From NCBI GenBank assembly GCA_002811645.1, contig PDIP01000049.1, forward strand, positions 56,223 to 120,222: a stretch of 64,000 bases of DNA, read 5' to 3'. This DNA is from Corallochytrium limacisporum Hawaii. Its lineage: Eukaryota; Protista; Pluriformea. A model generated the notes under the pieces. The model was not told where the DNA came from. It worked only from the letters and a program-made list of their open reading frames with translations, and made no database searches. This document shows positions 34,033-44,186 of the stretch, piece by piece (position 1 is the stretch's first letter; each line of letters opens with the position of its first letter). The position numbers and the translations under genes are program-made.

Positions 34033-35916
34033 ATGACAATATACCACGGAGAGTCGTCAGACTTCCGTAGAGACTTCAACGCACTTTACGAATATGGAGT
34101 AGCTATGCATGACTGTGGTGCGGGAAACCTCGATCATGTGATCAATAGGTGTGTCATGGCAGTCTCTCCTCCGGACTTCTCTTACGCGGGCTACCATAAC
34201 TCTGAAAGGCCCGTCCCGCGCGGAACGCAGGGGCAGACCGGTCGTATGATAAACGTCCTCGAGCACGGTCTCACTAATGACGGTCTGAATGACAATTCTG
34301 CTGCGCTGCAGAACCTGCTCGACAATGTCGTGCAATCAGGAGATACGATCTATTTCCCGGATGGTTACTATGTGCTTGAGACCGCTGTCGTCTTCGAGGC
34401 ATGGAAACGCAATTTGTCCTCCGTCCGTTTTCAGGGTAACGACAAGCGACAAAGTGTCATTGTGTCCCGAGTGAAGGAGGACCGGATCGATGGTGCAGCA
34501 ATCGTAGTGGAAGGCTGTGAGAAGTTTGGCGGTGGCGTCCTCGCCACAGTGTGCGGTGACCAGTACAACGCGGGCACCCATGCAGTGAATGTTTCAATGT
34601 GCCCAAAACAGAAGGTACCAAAGCCAGGCGATGTAATTTTCGTGCGCTGGAATCTGCGTCGCAGTGGTTTCGCTAAGGTTTTCGGCCGTCCGGCGCTGCC
34701 CATCAACCCGGAAGGCTACGGTACGCAGGAAAACGAGCTCATAAATGCAATTCTCACGGTGGAGCGCGTCGAAGGAGACACCTGGTACTTTAAGGAGCCT
34801 ATTCCTTTCCGCATGCTTGGCAATGATGTCCACAAAGAGCTAGAGCCCGTCGAGTTGCGCCGTCTGTCGAAGCCGGTGGCCCAAGAGATTAGCTTTGAGC
34901 GGATCGGCTTCACCACCGCCTGGCGCGATTACCCTGAACACTTCCATCACCATAAGGACGCCACACACGACTACGGCTGGGGTTGTATCCGCATGAACGG
35001 TTGTCGGAACGGATGGATTCGCGACTGTGGCTTCTGGGACTGTAATATGGGTGTCTACCTTTCCCGATGCTCCCTGATGACATTGATAGACAACGAGATT
35101 GGTGGGAAGCTTGGTCATTTCAGCATCACTATGAACACGTGCAGCTTCATTCTGTCCGCTTTCAACACTTGCACTTCTGATTACTGGCACGGCCTGACTA
35201 GCTGCGATGGACGGGTCACTGGATGTGTCTGGATCGGCAACACCGGGGTAAGCGACCAGCGCACTGACTTCCACACCCGCGCTCTCTGTATGTCCTTGAT
35301 TGACAACCAGACAGGAGGTACCCTGTTCGGCAGTGGCGGCAGCAAGAAGGGATACCCGCACCACTGGAGTAGCCTGTGGGTGTGGAACATGAAGCATGTA
35401 GCCACTAAGAAGATGTTTTATGACTTTTGGCCAGACACGTTCAAGTGCCGTCCGCAGTCCATGTTTGCGGAGATTCATGTGGTTGGACTGGATTCCAACC
35501 ATCCGGTGACTGCAGACAATGCAACGTCTTGGAGTGAAGAGTGGGTACATGAGGTTCCTTCGCTGTTTATGGCCCAGCTGCATCGCCGCTTGCATGGTAT
35601 GAATAGCGGCAGTGCGCAGTACGTCGCTGGCGCCGTGCCTGCCAAAGCAGCCAATGGCCACAACCTCACCGTACCACCTCAAGTGCCCAAGCGGCCAACC
35701 ACGAATGGCAACGCCTCTCCGGAGGTGCCAGCGCGGCCTACCGCTAATGGTAAGGCCTCTCCGGAGGTGCCGCAGCGCCCCGAACGGCCCCCTCAGAGAC
35801 CTCAACGCAAGGACAAGTCCAAGGTCAACGTCGAGGAAGGACTGCACGAGGCCAGCCGGTTTGCGAAGATGTCTCTCGGCAGGAGCCGTGGCCTTATCTC
35901 CAAGATGGCTAAATAA
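34033..35916 (+). CDS. Bacterial-type right-handed beta-helix enzyme (pectate_lyase_3 + DUF4955-like) with proline-rich C-terminal tail
   Basis: First ATG at 34033 (aaacATGa). PDFSYAGYH, INVLEHG...NDGLNDNSAALQ, TIYFPDGYY, FHHHKDATHDYGW, NGWIRD and GSGGSKKGYPHH..LWVWN match remembered DUF4955-type proteins. Confidence 0.75.
   Translation: MTIYHGESSDFRRDFNALYEYGVAMHDCGAGNLDHVINRCVMAVSPPDFSYAGYHNSERPVPRGTQGQTGRMINVLEHGLTNDGLNDNSAALQNLLDNVVQSGDTIYFPDGYYVLETAVVFEAWKRNLSSVRFQGNDKRQSVIVSRVKEDRIDGAAIVVEGCEKFGGGVLATVCGDQYNAGTHAVNVSMCPKQKVPKPGDVIFVRWNLRRSGFAKVFGRPALPINPEGYGTQENELINAILTVERVEGDTWYFKEPIPFRMLGNDVHKELEPVELRRLSKPVAQEISFERIGFTTAWRDYPEHFHHHKDATHDYGWGCIRMNGCRNGWIRDCGFWDCNMGVYLSRCSLMTLIDNEIGGKLGHFSITMNTCSFILSAFNTCTSDYWHGLTSCDGRVTGCVWIGNTGVSDQRTDFHTRALCMSLIDNQTGGTLFGSGGSKKGYPHHWSSLWVWNMKHVATKKMFYDFWPDTFKCRPQSMFAEIHVVGLDSNHPVTADNATSWSEEWVHEVPSLFMAQLHRRLHGMNSGSAQYVAGAVPAKAANGHNLTVPPQVPKRPTTNGNASPEVPARPTANGKASPEVPQRPERPPQRPQRKDKSKVNVEEGLHEASRFAKMSLGRSRGLISKMAK
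35704..35787 (+). repeat. 42-bp coding tandem repeat (NGxASPEVPxRP)
   Basis: cctctccggaggtgcc occurs at 35714 and 35756; period 42 bp. Confidence 0.85.
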
Positions 35917-36047
35917 CACCATTCGTAAGCTGTTTCTAACCATGGTTTTGTTAGGTGCTACGCTGTATTAAAATAACTAAACAACAGAACTCTACACTAA
36001 GACTAATGTACATACCACAGCGCTTTCCATTCCTCTGCCGCAAACCT

Positions 36048-36950
36048 TCACTTCTTTTCTTTATCGAACACTTCGATATGGTCCAGGAAAAAGAACCGCG
36101 GGACCTTACGACTGGCCGGCTTCGAGGTGACCTCATGACCACTGCTTCCAGGGGGTGGTTTCCGCCAAGTCATCTCCTCGCGGGGAATACCATCTGGTCC
36201 GAACCACAGATCAATTTGCCTTCCTGCCCGGTCCGGATTCCCGTGCGGAGTAAAGGTGTGCAGAGACTGTGGGTCTACGCTGGATGCAACAGTATTCGCA
36301 TAATCTCGGTAAGCATTCAGTGCCCAAGTGACCGTTGGGAAGGCTAGCTTGTCCCAAGGAATCTCGTCCCAAGCAAAGTATTTCGCTTCAATCGTCTCCA
36401 CACCCGGATTGATTTTCTCATTACTAACGGATGCACCGTAGAAGAGCTGTACCTGGCCTGCGTGCATCAGCGAGAAGACGCCCAGCAGCGGCCCGCTTTC
36501 GGCTGTGACGCCAGCCTCCTCTAGGGTTTCCCGCAATGCCCCGCCCTCTGCCGTCTCTCCCAGCTCCATGTATCCCGCAGGTAGTGTCCAGAAACCTCGG
36601 CGAGGCTCAATATTTCGGCGGCAGAGCAAAATCTTGCCCATGATCTCCATTCCGTCAGCGTTATTTTTCCATTTATCCCGTTCAAATGCGCCATCGTAGA
36701 CTGCAACTGTACCTACAATGATTTTGGGATTCTCGTAGTATATGAAGTTACACTCAGGACAGGTCAGACGCGGACCGTCATCTGGCACAGAACGCCTTAA
36801 CCGTGGGCCGCGATCCGATCGTACAGTGACTTTCTGTTCTAGTCTCGTGGCATATCGCCGCTGCTGATGGTTTTGTAACGCAGTGAATGCTCTACATGAC
36901 TGCCATGCAACTCCGGCAACGCATCTCCTATGTATAGTTGTGCGTAGCAT
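36048..36950 (-). CDS. Nudix hydrolase (ADP-ribose/FAD pyrophosphatase-like, NUDT23 type), probably mitochondrial
   Basis: Presequence-like N-terminus, CPECNFIYYENPKIIVG, LLCRRNIEPRRGFWTLPAGYMELGET, Nudix box ALRETLEEAG and IPWDKLAFPTV. Confidence 0.9.
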   Translation of the reverse strand: MLRTTIHRRCVAGVAWQSCRAFTALQNHQQRRYATRLEQKVTVRSDRGPRLRRSVPDDGPRLTCPECNFIYYENPKIIVGTVAVYDGAFERDKWKNNADGMEIMGKILLCRRNIEPRRGFWTLPAGYMELGETAEGGALRETLEEAGVTAESGPLLGVFSLMHAGQVQLFYGASVSNEKINPGVETIEAKYFAWDEIPWDKLAFPTVTWALNAYRDYANTVASSVDPQSLHTFTPHGNPDRAGRQIDLWFGPDGIPREEMTWRKPPPGSSGHEVTSKPASRKVPRFFFLDHIEVFDKEKK

Positions 36951-37180
36951 ATTTCTTTGCCCTTTTTACATCGAGGAGCTCAACAAGTGACAGATGTTGC
37001 GGTCGATGAGCTTTAAAACCCATGAGATGTTTGAATAGCCGGAGAGACGCACACCAACAGTTGACAGTCGTTTGTACAAAAATGCCCGTCCGGGGCCGAT
37101 CATTAGGACCCCCTCCCCCCGTTGAGCCGGCCGTTCGTAGTTGCCACGGAGGGCTGTGGTACAGCCACTACTTTCGAGGG

Positions 37181-37202
37181 CCCCCCCCCCGGTGGGGGGG
37201 GG
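37181..37202. promoter_or_regulatory. C10-ggt-G9 tract in divergent promoter region
   Basis: Seen directly between the Nudix and IQCC-motif genes. Role is inferred. Confidence 0.5.
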
Positions 37203-37607
37203 AGGAGTTGGTGGTGATACTACGTGCAGTGTCTGCTGGACTGGGGCCAAAGGGGAAATCTTCCTTGGGGGAAGGGGGGTTCGGGCGCGAAACGTTCGGT
37301 CTTGGGACACCTGAGAGCGAAGGTGCGGAAGAGGGTCCGTTGAGATCGACGAAGAACGCGAGTACTTGAGCCAGGTCCTCGGTTTGTTGTCGTTGATCGT
37401 TCACCGGGTTGTTTCCAATTGCGGCAATAGCACTAAACAATGGTGTTGAAGGTATTCTCGGTGATGATGGCATTTTGAATGATAACCAGCGAAGAATATG
37501 TAAGTACATAGGGCTCGGGACTTGGGGGATCATACGCAAGGCAGCAATGACATAGACCGTAAAGAATTTGAAATTGGATCAAGACGCAGGGAATAAAGAG
37601 AAAGGCC

Positions 37608-38078
37608 ATGGCAAGAAAAAGCGGGAAACGAGCGGCCCGTGAAGGCGAAGCGGGCAGTCCACAAACCAGTAACATTGCGGCTGACCGCGCCATTGCTTTG
37701 CACGCCGACATCTGTAAAGAGGCACTCGAGGCATTCTTGGCTACCGAGTCGGCCAAGATCAGTCTACGGGATGCCTGGCAACAGACAGAAAGCACGGGTG
37801 TGCGAAGTACAGGGACCTCGCCCCTACGGTTGATAACCCAATCTCCCGCGCGAACTCCACTGCGACCGCAGCAAGTCAAGTCCAGTATTCCGAGGACATC
37901 GTCGCCAGTGAAAACTGCCGGAGTGGCGGGCGGCCCGGTGGTCAATCTACAGGAAATGACAACAGAGGAACTTCTGGTTTTGAAAAGAGATACGGAGATG
38001 GAACTGATGTGGAGCCAACAGGCGCTTGATAGCCGAATCACCTTCCTGCGCTGGCGTGGGCAACAGTCTCAAGTGTGA
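37608..38078 (+). CDS. Small hypothetical protein with IQCC-like C-terminal helix
   Basis: 156 aa, ggccATGg context. EMELMWSQQALDSRITFL resembles the IQCC motif AMELLWLQQAINSRKEYL (from memory). Confidence 0.6.
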   Translation: MARKSGKRAAREGEAGSPQTSNIAADRAIALHADICKEALEAFLATESAKISLRDAWQQTESTGVRSTGTSPLRLITQSPARTPLRPQQVKSSIPRTSSPVKTAGVAGGPVVNLQEMTTEELLVLKRDTEMELMWSQQALDSRITFLRWRGQQSQV

Positions 38079-38220
38079 GGAGAATGAAATACAGCAACCA
38101 ATGGAAAACTGTTGTGATGGAGACCAGGAACATTGCTTAGTCAAATGTAAACAAGTACTATTTTTAAGAAAATTATGATATGTAGAGATGGATTCAATAA
38201 ATGAGATGTTGATGCTGCCT

Positions 38221-40572
38221 TTAGAGCTCGTCCTTGTCAAGAGTGTCAGCAAAGGCATTGAGGTCGATGCCTTCTAGTGGGTTGCCAGGTCCATCGTCGC
38301 TGGCGGTCATGTCATCTGCCTCATCCTCCGGGAAGGCCTCTCCTTCAAGTCCAGCATCCAAGGGGATAGACATGCCCACCCGCAGCAGAGACTCGATGCG
38401 TCCGGCGTACTCGGTCGGCTCCACGCCAGTGTAACCGACGCGGAGCATGGCGGTGTCAAAGAGAACCCTGGCCATGTCCTTGGACTGTTGTTCCTCCCGC
38501 CGGGCCTCATCCTTAGCAAGGTCGTTCAGGCGACGGATGATGGGGTGACGTGGGTTGATCTCCAGGCTCTTCTTCTGGTTCAGGTAGAACTGAGTCATGG
38601 GATCCACCATCTCACCCGCCTGTGCCTTCATCATGCGTTCCATGGTACCGGAGACACCAAACTGCTTGGCTACCACGGCACATGGGCTATCTACAAGACG
38701 GACGGAGACGTTCACCTTGTCAATGTGCTCCTTCAGAACATCCTTCAGCCAGGTGCTCAGGGGCTCCAGATCATCTTCGTACTGTTTCAACAGTTCTTTG
38801 GTGCGGGCACCCTTGCCGCCCTCAATGCCTTCCTTGGCGGCGTTCATGATCTGCTTACCCTCGTACTCGTAGAGCTGATTAAACACATACTCGTCCGCAC
38901 CCTCCACAGCGTGAATAACCTCAATATTGCGGGCCCGCAGGGACTCGACCAGAGGAGAGGTCTCGACATCCTCTGTGTCAACACCAGACAGGAAATAGAT
39001 TTGGTTCTGACCGGGCTTCATACGCTCAATATATGTTTCTAGGGAAACATTGCCATTAGGATCCTCACTAGTGGGGAAACGCAGCAATTTTGAGATCTTG
39101 TCCTTGTTCTTGTTGTCCAGGGTCACACCAAGCTTCAAAGACAAGCCAAACTCCTTCCAGAAGGCGGCATACTTCTCGTCATCCTTGCTTATTTTCTTGA
39201 TCAGGGCGAGAGCCTTATTGGTCAGCTGTTTCGCGATCTGACTGAGGCCACGGGAGGCCTGAAGAGTCTCGCGGGAGACATTCAAAGGTAGATCCTCAGC
39301 AGATACGATGACCTGCATGAAGTTGAGGTAGAGCGGCAGCATTTCCTGCAGTTCGTCGCTAATGAAAACGTTGCGGATGTAGAGACGGACGTTGTGACTT
39401 TTCTCGGCATAGAAATTCTCGGATTGGTAGAAGTTGGCCGGTGCCTTTGAGGGGACAAACATAAGCGCGCTGAAGTCCTGGTCACCCTCGGCCTTGAAGT
39501 GGGACCAAGTCAATGGCGGGTTCTCGTCCTTGGCAAAGAGCTTGTAAAACTCGATGTACTCCTCGTCAGTCACATCAGACGGGCTGCGGCTCCAGATTGG
39601 TTTGTTGTCATTCATAAGCAGCCATTCCTTCACAGTCTTGGTCACCGTTTTAGTGCTGGGAGCCTCCCACTCGTCCTCAGCTTCGGCACCTTCGTCCTCC
39701 CGCTCTGCCTTCTCAGCCTCGTGGGCATCGATGGCCTCCTGCACCTCCTCGTCTGTGAGATTGACCTCCTCCTTGACCTCCTTTTCAATTAGGGTGTGGA
39801 TCGGGAACTGAATGAATTCAGAGTAGCGGTAGATAACCTCCTTCAGCTTGTACTCCGTGGTATATTCCTTGCTATCCTCCTTGAGGTGCAGGGTGATCTG
39901 AGTACCGCGGCCCAGAGTGTTACCGTGGGGATCCGGGGAGATTGAGTAAGATCCGGCATCACTGCTCCAAACCCACTGCGTGTCATCATCATTGGACTTG
40001 GTGCGGACAGTGACATGATCGGCCACCAGGTATGCAGAGTAGAAACCGACACCGAACTGACCGATGAGATTGCTAGCGTCAGCGGCGGACTCAGCGTCCT
40101 TGAGCTTCTGAATGAAATCGCTGGTACCGGAGCGGGCAATAGTGCCAAGGTTGCGCACCAACTCCTCCTTTGTCATTCCCACACCAGAGTCAATAATGTG
40201 CAACAAGTTATTCTCCTCATCGGGCACGATACGGATCTCCATCTCTTCCTTAGTGGCCAGCTGGTCCTTGTCAGTAAGGGACATGAAACGAATCTTATCC
40301 AGGGCATCACTGGCGTTGGAGATCAGCTCCCGAAGGAAAATCTCCTTGTGCGTGTAGATGCTGTTGATGATCAGCTTCATCAGACGGCTGACCTCAGCCT
40401 CGAATTCGTGGGTCTCGCCAGCGGTCTTAAGGTTTTCAATCTCATCCACTGACAGAGTTTCCACATCGACACCAGCCTCTTCGGCACCAACCCGGCCGAC
40501 GAAGCACAGCGTCAGCATGAGGACCAGGCACAAAGCCATAAGGCCCTTTTTCATGCTCGTATGCATGCGCAT
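38221..40572 (-). CDS. HSP90B1: Endoplasmin / GRP94 (ER Hsp90)
   Basis: Signal peptide, KEIFLRELISNASDALDKIR, NLGTIARSGT, IGQFGVGFYS, DLPLNVSRETLQ, LEINPRHP and C-terminal KDEL. Start is ATG 40572 or one of the next two Met. Confidence 0.97.
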   Translation of the reverse strand: MRMHTSMKKGLMALCLVLMLTLCFVGRVGAEEAGVDVETLSVDEIENLKTAGETHEFEAEVSRLMKLIINSIYTHKEIFLRELISNASDALDKIRFMSLTDKDQLATKEEMEIRIVPDEENNLLHIIDSGVGMTKEELVRNLGTIARSGTSDFIQKLKDAESAADASNLIGQFGVGFYSAYLVADHVTVRTKSNDDDTQWVWSSDAGSYSISPDPHGNTLGRGTQITLHLKEDSKEYTTEYKLKEVIYRYSEFIQFPIHTLIEKEVKEEVNLTDEEVQEAIDAHEAEKAEREDEGAEAEDEWEAPSTKTVTKTVKEWLLMNDNKPIWSRSPSDVTDEEYIEFYKLFAKDENPPLTWSHFKAEGDQDFSALMFVPSKAPANFYQSENFYAEKSHNVRLYIRNVFISDELQEMLPLYLNFMQVIVSAEDLPLNVSRETLQASRGLSQIAKQLTNKALALIKKISKDDEKYAAFWKEFGLSLKLGVTLDNKNKDKISKLLRFPTSEDPNGNVSLETYIERMKPGQNQIYFLSGVDTEDVETSPLVESLRARNIEVIHAVEGADEYVFNQLYEYEGKQIMNAAKEGIEGGKGARTKELLKQYEDDLEPLSTWLKDVLKEHIDKVNVSVRLVDSPCAVVAKQFGVSGTMERMMKAQAGEMVDPMTQFYLNQKKSLEINPRHPIIRRLNDLAKDEARREEQQSKDMARVLFDTAMLRVGYTGVEPTEYAGRIESLLRVGMSIPLDAGLEGEAFPEDEADDMTASDDGPGNPLEGIDLNAFADTLDKDEL

Positions 40573-41070
40573 GTTTGGTAAGACGACTTTTGTCAAACAA
40601 CCTTTTTACTCTCAAAGAAACTTGCTCCCCGCTGGCAACATTCATCACTTGAATGGGACCCGTTGGTGTAAGTACCAGCGTGATACGATGGTCATGCGCG
40701 AACGCACAAGCATAGACGCGAGTCTAATCAAAAGTCAACAGAAAGCAACAGTCACATGCACCAAAAGAAACCGCAAACAAACGACACTGACAATCGTGGC
40801 TGGACCCATAGCCACGCGCGGTCCCCAAGTTAGGTCAAACGTGCCACTGATTAGGAAACACACCGATACAAAGTGCGTTGGTCATTGACGGTCCCCGAGC
40901 GGTTTGTACAGGAACCGAATCTTGCGATCCCCCAAAGGTAAAAAGTAAAGAAAGAAAAAGAAACGAAAAGAGAAAAAAAAAGCCAAACACACTGCCACTT
41001 CGCCGAGTTGAGAGAGAGCTGGAGAAAAGAATGGGTCCGATCGGGTTCTCGCGTTTGCGAACTTCGCCTG

Positions 41071-41090
41071 CCCCCGGGGGGGGGGGGGGG
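41071..41090. promoter_or_regulatory. C5G15 tract in GRP94/ARL2 divergent promoter region
   Basis: Seen directly. Role is inferred. Confidence 0.5.
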
Positions 41091-41783
41091 CCGGGGGAGA
41101 TTTCCGAGACTATTTGCCGTTCCCAAGCCGAGGGGGAATGACGGGGAGCAGCTGGATAGGTCTGGATTGTTATGTATCTCACCACTTCAATACTGTATGA
41201 CTTACAATTCCAGGAAATCATTTTGATTATTTGACCCGTTTCGTTCTCACCAACGCCCGGTCGCGCGGACACACGGACACTTTTCGAGAACAAAACATCC
41301 CTGGCCAAATGGCCGTGACTGATTGGCTAGAATCCCATATTTTAATGATTTATTAGGAGATCAGTTTTTATTCCGGTAGAATGAGAGGGGGGAACTGGTC
41401 GGTGGCAGGAAAAGCCACCCCGTCCCTACGCACGGCGCTCTGCCAGACCCGGGCGGTTGGCCTTGGAAAACACGGGCCCGCGAGTTCTGCGCCCTAGAGT
41501 GTGCCCCTCCAGTGGTCCTTTTGTGTGCTGCGGAAAGAGACGGTGAGGCCGTGCGCCCTTCAGGGCTCAGGACTCTTTTGGTACCATCGGCGCCGATTTA
41601 CCAACGAGGTTGAAGAAACCGTCACTGTGATGGTATGTTTGAAAGACTGGGGTTGGAATTGTTAGCAGCAACAAGGCGACCCACAGACATCGTAGATTGG
41701 GTCAGGTGGCAGTACCGGAAGCGTAGCCATGACGTGATTGGTTGAGATAGCCCCAAATGTAGTCAACGCAACGAGGAAGCACA

Positions 41784-42335
41784 ATGGGACTGCTTTCAAT
41801 ATTGAAAAAGTTGCGCCAAAAGGAGCGCGAGGTACGTGTCCTGGTCCTTGGACTCGACAATGCTGGCAAAACGACCATCATCAAAGCCATCACCGGCCAA
41901 GACACGTCAACTATTTCACCCACCCTGGGTTTCAATATCCAAACGCTCGAACACAATGGCTATAAGCTCAACGTCTGGGACATCGGTGGACAGAAATCTC
42001 TCAGGTCATACTGGAAGAATTACTTTGAGGAGACGGAGGGACTAGTCTGGGTGGTGGACTGTGCGGACCGGCGGCGCATGAAGGATTGTGCTATAGAATT
42101 GAAAAAGCTGCTCCAGGAAGAACGCTTGGCCGGTGCGAGTCTGCTTATCTTTGCGAATAAGCAGGATCTTGAGGGAGCTTTACCATCGGAATCGATTCGT
42201 CAACTTCTCGATCTTGACGACATTCACTCACACCATTGGGCTATTCTGCCCTGTAGTGCGATGACAGGCGATAACCTACTGGAAGGTTTCGACTGGCTTG
42301 TCGAAGACATTGGCAGTCGTGTATTTGAGGGTTGA
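41784..42335 (+). CDS. ARL2: ADP-ribosylation factor-like protein 2
   Basis: [47 protein letters not shown] and [11 protein letters not shown]. Confidence 0.97.
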   Translation: MGLLSILKKLRQKEREVRVLVLGLDNAGKTTIIKAITGQDTSTISPTLGFNIQTLEHNGYKLNVWDIGGQKSLRSYWKNYFEETEGLVWVVDCADRRRMKDCAIELKKLLQEERLAGASLLIFANKQDLEGALPSESIRQLLDLDDIHSHHWAILPCSAMTGDNLLEGFDWLVEDIGSRVFEG

Positions 42336-42509
42336 TATGACAAAGAATCAATTCACTTAAGTGAGAAATAGAAAAGCATGTAATAACAAAGACTCGGTTT
42401 TGGATGTAGGTGCGCTTTGTGTTGTGTCGACCTTTGTGAATGGTGTGACAGGAAGAGTTCGTAGACGTGCTTCAGAGACCAACCACCTTTCGTGACCTTA
42501 GATCAGTAC

Positions 42510-44186
42510 TTAGGCAGAAGCTTCAACCTCCTTCTTCAATTCATCCCGCAGGACACGGCGCAGAATCTTGCCGCTGGCAGACTTGGGGATGGCATCCACG
42601 AAGCGCACACCACCACGCAGTTGCTTGTAGTGAGCGTTCTGGTCTGCAATATACTTCTTGACTTCGTCTTCAGAGACTTCCATACCAGTCTTCTTTACGA
42701 CATAGGCAGTGGGCAGTTCGCCATCGTCTCCAGCAGGTTTGCCAATGACAGCCGCGTCGGCAATCATCGGGTGCTTCAATAGCTCTTCCTCGAGCTCGGC
42801 GGGCGGGACCTGGAAGCCCTTGTACTTGATCAGCTCCTTTAGACGGTCCACGATCCAGAAGTTTCCGTTTTCGTCAATTTCGACGATGTCACCAGTGTGC
42901 ATAAACCCATCGCTACGGATAGTGTCTTTGGTGGCCTCCGTACGGTTCAGGTAGCCTTTCATAACGTTCGGGCCCTTCAACAAGAGCTCACCACGGCCTC
43001 CCTTAGGAGCAATGGGCTTGCCACTATCGACATCGAGTACCAAGGCCTCTTGGTTCGGCAAGAGGATGCCCACCGTACCCGGTAACTTCTCTCCGCCCGG
43101 ATTAGTCATGTGACTGACAGGGGATAGTTCTGTCATACCGTATCCCTGGAATAAGTGGACACCAAGCCGATTCTCCACTGCTGCTTCGGTGGCCTGACCC
43201 AGAGGAGCAGCACCGGACATGATGACCTTCAGACAGTCAACCTTGAAGTCATCGACCATCGGACTCTTGGCGAGGAGCACAGCCAATGGAGGGGCGATGT
43301 GCAGCATGGTCACCCGCTCCTCCGCAATCGTTTTCAAGAATAGCTGGGGGTCGAAGCGAGGCATCATGGAGAGTCTGACACCCAGACGCATGGCTCCCAT
43401 GAGCAGTACGCACAGTCCGTAGATGTGGAAGAATGGTAGGACGGCCAGGAATGCATCCTCTCCGTCCTTGGCGAGCTTGGAGGCCAGAGGGTATACCTGC
43501 TCCAGGTTCGCAATCAGGTTGTGGTGTGTCAACATGACACCCTTAGGCTTGCCCGTGGTGCCGGAAGAGTAGGGGAGACAGACAATATCCTCCTTGGGAT
43601 CAATCTTGGCAGGCTCGTACTGCATGTCAGCACCCTCCTTCATGAAATCCGTAGCGGAAGTGACCTTGATCTTGCTATTGTCGCCCTTGCCCTGTTCGAC
43701 CTCGGGCAGACAAATGATTTCTTTGACGTGGTCTGCAGTGGCATGTACGGCCTCCAAAGCCTTGTCCAGTAGCATTCCGACAGTGAAGATGACCACTGCT
43801 TTGGAGTCCTTGAGCTGGAACTCTATCTCATGGGCTGCGTAGGTGGGGTTGGCCGTGGTGGTGATAACACCGATAGCGGAGGCTCCCATCATCAAGGCAC
43901 CATAGAGGTAGTTGTTTGGGAGCCACAGGCAGATGCAGTCGCCCTTTTTCAGACCGCGCTTGCTCAAAGCACTGGCACACATCTTTACAAGACCAGCAAA
44001 CTCCTTATTGGACACACGCTTGTTGCAGGAAGTGTCAAAAATGAACTCGCGGTCTATGCGGGCAGGATCAGTGATAAAGCCCATCAGGTAATCGGTGATG
44101 CCCACGCCTTCGGGAATCTGCACCTCCGGAAGCGGGCTTTTGTAGACACCGGTCGCGGCGTCAAAAAACTGGTTTTGCTCGGGCAT
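42510..44186 (-). CDS. 4-coumarate--CoA ligase-like / luciferase-like acyl-CoA synthetase (copy A, no targeting signal)
   Basis: LPYSSGTTGKPKGV, LPFFHIYG, QGYGMTE, RGELLLKGPNVMKGY, VDRLKELIKYKGFQVPPAELE and SGKILRR. Confidence 0.93.
   Translation of the reverse strand: MPEQNQFFDAATGVYKSPLPEVQIPEGVGITDYLMGFITDPARIDREFIFDTSCNKRVSNKEFAGLVKMCASALSKRGLKKGDCICLWLPNNYLYGALMMGASAIGVITTTANPTYAAHEIEFQLKDSKAVVIFTVGMLLDKALEAVHATADHVKEIICLPEVEQGKGDNSKIKVTSATDFMKEGADMQYEPAKIDPKEDIVCLPYSSGTTGKPKGVMLTHHNLIANLEQVYPLASKLAKDGEDAFLAVLPFFHIYGLCVLLMGAMRLGVRLSMMPRFDPQLFLKTIAEERVTMLHIAPPLAVLLAKSPMVDDFKVDCLKVIMSGAAPLGQATEAAVENRLGVHLFQGYGMTELSPVSHMTNPGGEKLPGTVGILLPNQEALVLDVDSGKPIAPKGGRGELLLKGPNVMKGYLNRTEATKDTIRSDGFMHTGDIVEIDENGNFWIVDRLKELIKYKGFQVPPAELEEELLKHPMIADAAVIGKPAGDDGELPTAYVVKKTGMEVSEDEVKKYIADQNAHYKQLRGGVRFVDAIPKSASGKILRRVLRDELKKEVEASA

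Noticed and set aside
34840-35943. Long antisense ORFs (also 18156-18974, 25207-25971, 29129-29791)
   Set aside because: Shadow frames of well-supported GC-rich genes on the opposite strand.
42490-42512. Cryptic peroxisomal targeting by stop-codon readthrough in the ligases and other genes
   Set aside because: No TGA-CTA context was found at any stop checked, and the ligase extensions do not end in SKL-like tripeptides.
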